Sequence record: NC_048205.1
Direction: 5' to 3' (one strand)
Source: Escherichia phage vB_Eco_mar004NP2
Length of the DNA stretch: 64,000 nucleotides
Shown: positions 9,029 to 16,422 of the stretch, one piece after another
Layout: each line of letters begins with the position of its first letter
How positions within the stretch are numbered: position 1 is the stretch's first letter
Notes under the pieces: model-generated
Databases searched by the model: none
Told to the model about the DNA's origin: nothing
What the model saw: the letters and a program-made list of their open reading frames with translations, nothing else
Program-made: the position numbers and the translations under genes

Positions 9029-9561
9029 TATTCTGCATGTCTCGGTGCACAATACCTGTACCGAGACTCAAATACAAACTCTCGTTGACAGATAGCTAAA
9101 TGTATGTTATCATAACTCTATGAGTTAATAGAATTAACCATTTAGAGTTGCCACACAGAAGGTGTGGTGGTTCAGTAATTTAAAATTACTAACTTGTAGC
9201 GGAGGATACGGAGCGACAGGACAAGTTAATAAGTAATTTAATATAAATTGCTAGAAACATCACGAGACCTTCTGGCGGGGGCAAAGCTCTATATGAGAAC
9301 CCTGGGGGATCTTATATTTAAAATAAAAGTAAAACTTTTGACCATATAATTTACATTCAAGATGATACACCTGTTGCCGCTCATCTGCTAGGATGGCACA
9401 ACACTTTCTTCTAGACTCCTAAGTTTCTAGGAAAACTCTTACACTCTAGGGCAGTTTCTCTCCAACGTTACATATCCTAGGCCGGTTTAATACAGGGCGG
9501 TTATTGGGAGGGCGGTTATTTCTAGAAGACATTTTTCCAAAACACATTTCCAGAAATTACT

Positions 9562-10163
9562 GTCGGATTCGCACATTGTGTTTCTAGAAATTTATGGTCG
9601 GATTTGCACAATTGCCTAAGTTTTCATGGACACATAATCTCCTGAAAATGGCAGCATTATTTCGGGCCGAAGGCCCATGATTGCCTGAGTTTTTAGAGCC
9701 ACAAGAATTTTCACTTGTCAAGCTATTTTGCCACCTTTAGCAAATAAAATTTTACTTTATCTCCACTAATCTCAAATTAACCCAAATCTTCTCAACTCTT
9801 CCCCCAAAAACGCAGCAAATCAGGCGTTGCACGCCACCCATGCTGCTCCTCCAGTTTCTCCACTTATTTTCTCTCGCTCTCTCATCTTCTCCTCAAACCT
9901 ATACAATCACACACCCTCCAATCGAAGTCACAAAAATCTTGTCGGATTCGCACATCTTAATCCTAGAAAAACCGTGTCGGATTTGCACATATCCCACAGG
10001 ATTCGAACGCAGTTCGAGATTGCTGGAGTTTTTGGGAAAATTCATTGTCGGATTTGCACACTATAAAAATTTTTGGGGTCGGATTTGCACACTACCAAAA
10101 ATTGTCGGATTCGCACATACACGCCCGCGCGTAATCCATGGTGGCAAATGTCGGATTTGCACA
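9562..10163 (+). repeat. array of 8 direct 14-bp iterons GTCGGATT(C/T)GCACA
   Basis: copies at 9562, 9597, 9941, 9976, 10047, 10078, 10104, 10150, all same orientation, irregular spacing. Confidence 0.85.
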
Positions 10164-10189
10164 AAAGCGCAGGGCAATTGCCCTGCGCT
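10164..10189 (-). terminator. perfect GC-rich palindrome; likely terminator for the minus-strand cassette
   Basis: AGCGCAGGGCAATTGCCCTGCGCT, 11-bp stem; on minus strand followed by TTTTGTG. Confidence 0.45.
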
Positions 10190-10190
10190 A

Positions 10191-10400
10191 AATACGAATG
10201 ATAATGAGAATCATTCGTATTTAAAAAGCGGAATAAGAATGATAATAGTTCTCATTTAGAAAGTGAAATGAGAATCAATCTCATTTAAGAAAGGGAATGA
10301 GAACTATTCAAAAAATGAAATGATTCTCATTTAAAAAATGGAATGATTATCGGTTAGATAGTGAAATGCGAATGATAATGATTCTCATTTAAGAATGGAA
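10191..10400. repeat. cluster of short palindromes AATGAGA-N-TCTCATT (hairpin/operator-like)
   Basis: at least 5 palindromic units read directly; extra copies at 10727-10747 and 19721-19738. Confidence 0.75.
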
Positions 10401-10420
10401 GCGAGAAACACTATTATTTA

Positions 10421-10530
10421 AGTTACCCACAGACTTATTAACAGCACGATTTGATTTGACAGAATCCTAGCCATTTTGAGGCGTTATCAACAGACTTATC
10501 CACAGCTTATCCTACTGTATAAATATACAG
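10421..10530. repeat. left arm of ~110-bp inverted repeat with DnaA-box-like sites and 16-bp palindrome
   Basis: reverse complement of 14001-14110 aligns with identical blocks AGTTAYCCACA..TTATTAACAGCAC and ACTTATCCACAG..TTATCCTACTGTATAAATATACAG. Confidence 0.8.
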
Positions 10531-10788
10531 TATTCCTACGCAGTGAATAATTCTAATATAGCGTTAAAACGTCCTAAATCGCATTCTAACGCGCTTAATT
10601 TTGATGGGGATACTAAAACAAGGGCAAAATTGGAGGAGGCTTAAAAATTAGTTAGCTTGCTAACGATCACACAAGGCGACACGTAACACCCTAATCATTA
10701 GCAGGCTAACCATCACGGGCGCGGTTAAATGAGAATCACTCTCATTTGAGAATTGGGGGCACTCCCTGGTAGTTGCGCCCCGTTATTA

Positions 10789-10983
10789 TTAGTCTGGTAG
10801 TCGATGCGTGATCTTTTCCTCCTCCCCGTAGGAATCCACCAAATGCTGATAATAACCATCGTGATCATAAATCACTTTATCATACTCGCCACGCTCGACC
10901 GCTTGTCGGTTTTCCGGCGTATCGGGCACGTAAAAAACATCAACCATTGTACTGATTTTGGTTACAACAATTTTATTGCTCAT
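10789..10983 (-). CDS. hypothetical protein (start trimmed to MSNKIVV)
   Basis: ORF; RBS AGGGG before internal ATG. Confidence 0.45.
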   Translation of the reverse strand: MSNKIVVTKISTMVDVFYVPDTPENRQAVERGEYDKVIYDHDGYYQHLVDSYGEEEKITHRLPD

Positions 10984-11085
10984 AATAACCCCTAGTAAAT
11001 ATATTTTTGCCAATAGTGGCGAACGTTATCGCCACCAGCGGAATCATTTGCAGCCTCAACATTACCCGCGAAAATATATATAATC

Positions 11086-11430
11086 TCATTGCGCCACCTT
11101 TCGAAACGCTGTTTCAATACTATCCGCAGTGGATTGAATATACGCGCCTTTCATTATCAGGCGCTCGGTGCATATCTTGCGAAAAATATTAATAAAATCA
11201 TCTTCATTTTCTGCAATTAACGCCTCACCCATGACCTGAACGTCGCAAGATGCAAAGGTCAAAAATTGAAACGCTAGTTCACGGGCAACGACCGCATTGA
11301 TTTTATAATGCGCCTTGCCTTCATAAATATTAATAACGCCCTTATAAGCTGGGGAAAGCTGATTTAAGTAGTTTGCTAGTAATGCCGGACGGCAATTAGC
11401 AACAAAACGATTGCCTTCATAAATTACCAT
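11086..11430 (-). CDS. hypothetical protein (start trimmed to MVIYEG)
   Basis: ORF; RBS GGGGAG before ATG 11430; abuts upstream gene. Confidence 0.5.
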   Translation of the reverse strand: MVIYEGNRFVANCRPALLANYLNQLSPAYKGVINIYEGKAHYKINAVVARELAFQFLTFASCDVQVMGEALIAENEDDFINIFRKICTERLIMKGAYIQSTADSIETAFRKVAQ

Positions 11431-11431
11431 T

Positions 11432-11644
11432 TTATAGCACTCCCCGAAACGCAGCGTAAAAGGTGGCAAAATGTTTAACTGTTTCAGCTATCACGTTGCC
11501 CCGTTTATCGAATTTTTTCTCGGTAACACGGAAGGCGTTTTTATTTCGCGCTACATATTCAATTTTACAATCTTCCCGCTCGAACGTGTTAACGTCCACC
11601 AGCTTAAAGCCTTTTGAACGTGCAAGGGAAACGTTACGAATCAT
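11432..11644 (-). CDS. hypothetical protein (70 aa)
   Basis: ORF. Confidence 0.5.
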   Translation of the reverse strand: MIRNVSLARSKGFKLVDVNTFEREDCKIEYVARNKNAFRVTEKKFDKRGNVIAETVKHFATFYAAFRGVL

Positions 11645-11646
11645 TT

Positions 11647-11796
11647 TTATTCTCCTTTACTAGTCATGCAGCCCAGCAGATAAGAAAATACAGCGATACC
11701 CGCACCAATAATAACCGCGTGAACGCCGAAAGCTATTGCAAAAAGTGATAAAATAGCGCCCAAGATACCTGCTAGAATAGCTCGAAAAATAACCAT
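11647..11796 (-). CDS. small membrane protein (49 aa), not in ORF track
   Basis: perfect RBS AGGAGG 6 nt before ATG; hydrophobic throughout. Confidence 0.45.
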   Translation of the reverse strand: MVIFRAILAGILGAILSLFAIAFGVHAVIIGAGIAVFSYLLGCMTSKGE

Positions 11797-11845
11797 TTGT
11801 GATAGCCTCCTAGTTATCGGGGGATATTATATCCCCCGTTATTAA

Positions 11846-12109
11846 TTACATTAAAACAATTTTTGCAGCTTGTTTTTTGGTGCAATGTTCCGCCTTCAGG
11901 GTATCCAGCAAAAAGCCAGCCGTTTGCTGATCGATTTTATCGGCGTTATATAGTTCCTGAATGGTATTATAGGTTTTAGCAATACCGAACTCCTGCACCA
12001 TTTCATAGATGACAGCACGATTAGATACCCAGCCTTGCGCGGTAAACAGATGACTAGCAGAAGAATAAGCAACCATTTTAAGCCTCCAAATTTTTGGGAA
12101 AATTTTCAA
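11846..12109 (-). CDS. hypothetical protein (87 aa)
   Basis: ORF. Confidence 0.5.
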   Translation of the reverse strand: MKIFPKIWRLKMVAYSSASHLFTAQGWVSNRAVIYEMVQEFGIAKTYNTIQELYNADKIDQQTAGFLLDTLKAEHCTKKQAAKIVLM

Positions 12110-12182
12110 CCGTCCTTAAACGGTGTAAAGGCATTATAACAAAAAAGGCCACCAATTATGGCGACCTTTACAAAACTTTACA

Positions 12183-12677
12183 TTAAACTACTTGTAATGT
12201 TTCAATATTGAAACATCGTTTCAATTCGTCATGCAAAACAGCGTATTCATCCCATCGGGTACTATCAGGGATATAAACAAGCTGTTTTAGTCGGTTTGCG
12301 TATATTACCGCTTTATTTCCGATTATTTCAGCGCCACCATATTTAATAATTAATTTCATGACGGAATTAATAGGATCGCCGCCGTTTACATATGTGCCGG
12401 ATTTACTTAATTGATAATGATAAAGGCTTGCATATACATTATCATTCTCATACCATTCGCCCGTTTCCTCATCTTCATAGCCATCGCTACCAAAACGAGA
12501 AGCATTATCAACAGCCATTTCATGAGCGAAAGCGTCGAGATCCGTACCAGCAGGAACAAAATATTCCTCAGTATTCCCTTCACCGCAATAGCCAGTATGA
12601 CAATCGACCAAAATGATCATATCATGTTTAGCCTTGCTCACTTCCCCTAGCGAAAACCCATATTTTTCCTCAGCCAT
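12183..12677 (-). CDS. hypothetical acidic protein (164 aa)
   Basis: ORF with RBS AGGAGG; Asp/Glu-rich. Confidence 0.6.
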   Translation of the reverse strand: MAEEKYGFSLGEVSKAKHDMIILVDCHTGYCGEGNTEEYFVPAGTDLDAFAHEMAVDNASRFGSDGYEDEETGEWYENDNVYASLYHYQLSKSGTYVNGGDPINSVMKLIIKYGGAEIIGNKAVIYANRLKQLVYIPDSTRWDEYAVLHDELKRCFNIETLQVV

Positions 12678-12742
12678 TTATTAGCCTCCTATTAATTAAT
12701 AAGGGAATAGTAAAGCGGGGAAACAATCCCCGCTAAATATTA

Positions 12743-13735
12743 TTACTCGCTTTCGGTGCTAGTGGTAAAAGTAGAAATATCGATACCTTTCACCATTTCA
12801 TCAATCATTTCAGCGATGTTAAAACTTTGCACCATTTCTAGCATTGCCGCTTCCATAGCTGCGCCTGCTACCGCTTTCGCTTTCTGGTTATTCGGGGCGT
12901 ACTGGTCAACCGCTACGCTCAGCAGGTTAGCAATAACTACCCGACCAATCGGCGTATCAATATAACCTTTAATCATAAACGGCGCTTTTTTAGCCGCTAC
13001 TTTCGTGATTTGAGTCAATGCAATTTTGCCAGCTTCCAGTTTTGCAGCATTTACAACAGCGGATTTATTAGCGGCAACGATATTAGCGATCTTGGTCATG
13101 GTATTATTTCCTTTGTTTTCAGTAGTTTGAGTGTTAACGCTTTGAGTGTTAGAATTTACAGCATGTTTTTCCGTGTTGTCAATAGGCTGATCTTCCTCCT
13201 TCCAGAAAGAAAAGCCCGCGCTTTCAATATCCCCATCATATACATAAGGGTACACTTCCGACGGTAACAAAAAATTACCGTTATCATCAAAGGCCATTAC
13301 AGCCGCGAAACGATACCCGTCACAATCCGACCGATTCCAGCCAACTGATAAATAACGCCAAAATGAATCAAGAAAATTTTCAATATCATAAAGATCATTG
13401 GGGTTGGCTTCATAATTTTCTATTGAAAAAACTTCTAAGCCTGCCCCAGTATCATAGGCTTTTACTGTGCTACCTTTTACGATTATGAAATCAGTATCCG
13501 GCCCTCGACTAGTGAGCAATTGATAATCTTGATTATATAAAACAAGCGTTGCCCCTTGTTTATATAACGGTAGAAAACTATTCATATCATAGGCATCGAA
13601 ATCACCAAAAAAGTTTTGGTGAATAGTTTCAGCCTTGTTAATAAAATGTTTAATGCTGGTTGTTCTGCTACCGTCCAGCAGGTTACGCAGCGCACCTTTT
13701 AAGACGGTTGCGTTATCTGGTTTATATAGCCTCAT
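12743..13735 (-). CDS. hypothetical protein (330 aa)
   Basis: ORF with RBS GAGGGAGG; first gene of minus-strand cassette. Confidence 0.6.
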   Translation of the reverse strand: MRLYKPDNATVLKGALRNLLDGSRTTSIKHFINKAETIHQNFFGDFDAYDMNSFLPLYKQGATLVLYNQDYQLLTSRGPDTDFIIVKGSTVKAYDTGAGLEVFSIENYEANPNDLYDIENFLDSFWRYLSVGWNRSDCDGYRFAAVMAFDDNGNFLLPSEVYPYVYDGDIESAGFSFWKEEDQPIDNTEKHAVNSNTQSVNTQTTENKGNNTMTKIANIVAANKSAVVNAAKLEAGKIALTQITKVAAKKAPFMIKGYIDTPIGRVVIANLLSVAVDQYAPNNQKAKAVAGAAMEAAMLEMVQSFNIAEMIDEMVKGIDISTFTTSTESE

Positions 13736-14000
13736 TTGTTGGCCTCCCTCGTTAATCGGTGAGTGAATGATAAAGGCAATTTTCTAGCATAGGCAAATAT
13801 TATTTTACCTTTTTATTTTCCTTGCCTAGCGCCTAGTTTTATGCTAACCGCGCAGCGGTACAGTAAAGAGCAAAACACGGTGAAGCCACCAGGGCGACGG
13901 GTGAAGGCTTCACTTTAATATTACCCCACCGCATTTAGCTCGTTAGAAAGCGTTTTAGGCCGCCTAAAATTGATTGCAGTTGTTAACACTACCTTTTTAC

Positions 14001-14110
14001 CCTGTATATTTATACAGTAGGATAACATGTGGATAAGTCTGTGGATAAGTCCTTATATCGTCGCCTATCGTGTCAAATCATTTTGTGCTGTTAATAAACT
14101 TGTGGATAAC
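14001..14110. repeat. right arm of ~110-bp inverted repeat with DnaA boxes
   Basis: TGTGGATAA at 14027-14035, 14039-14047, 14100-14108; palindrome CTGTATATTTATACAG 14001-14016. Confidence 0.8.
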
Positions 14111-14392
14111 TTAAATGATAGTGGTTCTCACTTAGGACGATAGTTTCTTATAGTTATTATTTCTATCGGTTACGATTTCTTATAATTATTATTTCTCATT
14201 AATTTATAAGTATATTATATATCATGAAATAGTTAGTTGGCTAATGAGATTTTCCGTGATTAATAGTCTGCTAACAGTTCCGGCTGTTACAATCCACCAG
14301 CATGATTATCATCCTAGCAACTATTAGTCTGCTATCTTTCCGATGCATACTAACAAATAAAAGTCAATTAATTTATTTCATAAAATAAGTAG

Positions 14393-14425
14393 TTATCCAC
14401 TGGAAAATAAAAGTCAAGTGGATAA
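14393..14425. promoter_or_regulatory. inverted pair of DnaA boxes
   Basis: AGTTATCCAC..N17..GTGGATAACT, perfect 10-bp inverted repeat matching DnaA-box consensus TTATCCACA. Confidence 0.6.
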
Positions 14426-14826
14426 CTAGGAAAATTTCATTTTTGCTTTTGGGGATAAGTTATCAACAAGGCTAGAATGCGCCTAAAACGCCCTATAACG
14501 CGATGAAGTTTTTAGCCATGCCATTGCATTGCCTACCCTCGTTTATCGCTACCACGAGCTTTTTAGTTTTTGTCAAGTAGGGCAAGGCAAATATAAATGA
14601 AAAAATTACTTGCCAACCTGCTGGGTTTTATGGTATTCGCGCGCCCGTTTCCTTTAATTTTAGTGCGCCGCGCCCAGGTCGCCGCACGGTGTCCGGTGGC
14701 ATTTTGTCTTTACGTTTCTTTACAAAAATAAGGTTGCGCCATTTTTACTATTTGCTATTATTTATCTCGTAGGGCGGCAATGACGAACTACACGGCGGGA
14801 AGTTTACCGCCGCGCTCTTTAAAAAT

Positions 14827-15116
14827 TGGGTACATCTTAAAGTCTATCGGCGGTAAACTTATATTATAAGGAATCGCAGATATGAAACAAACTTTATTGA
14901 TCACTGGTAAACCAGCTAAAAAATTAGATGGTACTACTAAAAAATTGTTGACAATAGCCCAGCAATCCGTAAAATACCGATTTGCTCAGTACAAGAAAGG
15001 CCGCCAGCAGGGTTTAGAAATGATCTGGCGTAATATTATGATCGACCTGAAAGAAAATCATAAAAAACTGCAAAAAACAGTTTGACACCCTAGCCGATAG
15101 GCTTTAAGATGTACCC
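14827..15116. repeat. 24-bp inverted repeat pair flanking the 67-aa gene
   Basis: GGGTACATCTTAAAGTCTATCGGC (14827-14850) versus GCCGATAGGCTTTAAGATGTACCC (15093-15116), 1 mismatch. Confidence 0.7.
14882..15085 (+). CDS. small basic protein (67 aa)
   Basis: ORF with RBS AAGGAA; Lys-rich. Confidence 0.5.
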   Translation: MKQTLLITGKPAKKLDGTTKKLLTIAQQSVKYRFAQYKKGRQQGLEMIWRNIMIDLKENHKKLQKTV

Positions 15117-15315
15117 AGTTCGATGAGAGCGATAACTTGATACAATTTGACGGTTAGGTGATTCCCCATAAATCATCCTGCCCCCTAACTGGGATATAGC
15201 AGCCTGCGTGGAGTTCCTTAAATTGATTATAGCGGTGAGCGGATTGTTGCTTATTACCTGCTACTTTCTAGCAGGTAATGCGGAACAATCCCCTAAATAA
15301 CTTGGAGTTTATACT

Positions 15316-15567
15316 ATGCAAAACGTTATTACCGCGCCTAAAATTGGTCAATCCGTTTTTATTCCTTTCGTTACTAAAACGGATGAACTAACCGGAAAAG
15401 CCGAACGTATTAAAGGTGCGGCGCTTATGCCGTTTGATACAATCGACGCGGTATACGCTGAAAATGAACGTAGTAACAACGGCAAAACCGTTTTTAGCGT
15501 TCGCGTTAAATCCGGCGACGTTGTAAAGGTTGTACAGCGTAACGAAAAATGGGAAGCTGTAGCGTAA
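15316..15567 (+). CDS. hypothetical pre-early protein (83 aa)
   Basis: ORF with conserved upstream box ..CCCCTAAAT..GGAGTTT.. Confidence 0.55.
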   Translation: MQNVITAPKIGQSVFIPFVTKTDELTGKAERIKGAALMPFDTIDAVYAENERSNNGKTVFSVRVKSGDVVKVVQRNEKWEAVA

Positions 15568-15663
15568 TAGTGTTACTTTTATATCCCCCAGTAGTTCGGG
15601 GGATATAACGATTAACATTATGTTAATCTTATCCCTTAAATTAAACTAATAGGAGTTTTTACC

Positions 15664-16071
15664 ATGACTAACGTTAAAACCGCAAAATTTGCTTGGAATG
15701 AAGAAAACACTCAAAAAGCTGTTTCTATGTACCAGCAGTTAATTAATGAAAACGGTTTAGATTTCGCAAATAGCGACGGTTTAAAAGAGATTGCAAAAGC
15801 AGTGGGCGCGTCTTCTCCCGTGTCTGTTCGCTCAAAATTGACCAGCGCAAAAGCGTATCAGAAAAGCGATAAGCCTCGCAAAGTTGGCGGCGGTAGCTCA
15901 ATCCGCAAAGCTCACTATGTACGCGTTATCGCTAAACATGCTATTGATTCCGGCATTATTAAAGACGCCGACGATCTGGCAAGTCTGGAAAGTGCAAAAC
16001 TTGAAACGCTGGACGCCGTAGCGCAACTGTTAGGCGTTGCCGATGAAGTAAAACAGGCCGCAGGTGAATAA
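15664..16071 (+). CDS. hypothetical pre-early protein (135 aa)
   Basis: ORF with conserved upstream box. Confidence 0.6.
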   Translation: MTNVKTAKFAWNEENTQKAVSMYQQLINENGLDFANSDGLKEIAKAVGASSPVSVRSKLTSAKAYQKSDKPRKVGGGSSIRKAHYVRVIAKHAIDSGIIKDADDLASLESAKLETLDAVAQLLGVADEVKQAAGE

Positions 16072-16127
16072 ATTTAATTAGTGGGGAATATTCCCCACTA
16101 TAATTTCCCTTTGACTGGAGTTTTAAA

Positions 16128-16325
16128 ATGATCTTTTACCCCACTGAATCGTTAATTTTAGGCTTATTTATTATGGCGGCCTCGTTATTATTCGCTTATT
16201 TTCAAAATGATTTAGACTCATATTATTTTAAACGTAAGTCTAAATTGGCAAAGCGTTTAGGTCTGATTTGTTTTATTGCCGCCATTGCTTGTGGTGTTAG
16301 TTCTAGCCTTATGCCTTTAAATTAA
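16128..16325 (+). CDS. small membrane protein (65 aa)
   Basis: two hydrophobic segments; conserved upstream box. Confidence 0.5.
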   Translation: MIFYPTESLILGLFIMAASLLFAYFQNDLDSYYFKRKSKLAKRLGLICFIAAIACGVSSSLMPLN

Positions 16326-16422
16326 TGTTGCAAATTATAACGCCTATTATTCAAGGCGTTATATTTGGCAATATTTGCCAATAACAAACGTTTTTTAATC
16401 CCTTTAATGGAGTTTTATTAAT

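Noticed and set aside
9040-9066. Hairpin GTCTCGGT..ACCGAGAC after the 294-aa gene as the early-operon terminator
   Set aside because: Stem is convincing but there is no downstream T-run; listed only as possible structure, not annotated.
9029-9560. Possible tRNA genes in the long non-coding stretch (T5-type phages carry tRNA clusters)
   Set aside because: I could not find cloverleaf-compatible segments with T-loop-like GTTCRA boxes by eye; cannot be excluded without tRNAscan-SE or Aragorn.
9562-10163. Possible CRISPR array, because of the regularly recurring short repeat
   Set aside because: Repeat unit is only 14 bp, spacing is irregular (26-71 bp), copies fall in two separated clusters, and there are no cas genes; iterons or binding sites are the better reading.
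10421-14110. IS element or transposon, because of terminal inverted repeats
   Set aside because: No transposase, integrase or recombinase-like ORF inside and no obvious target-site duplication; kept as a repeat-bounded cassette rather than called a mobile element.
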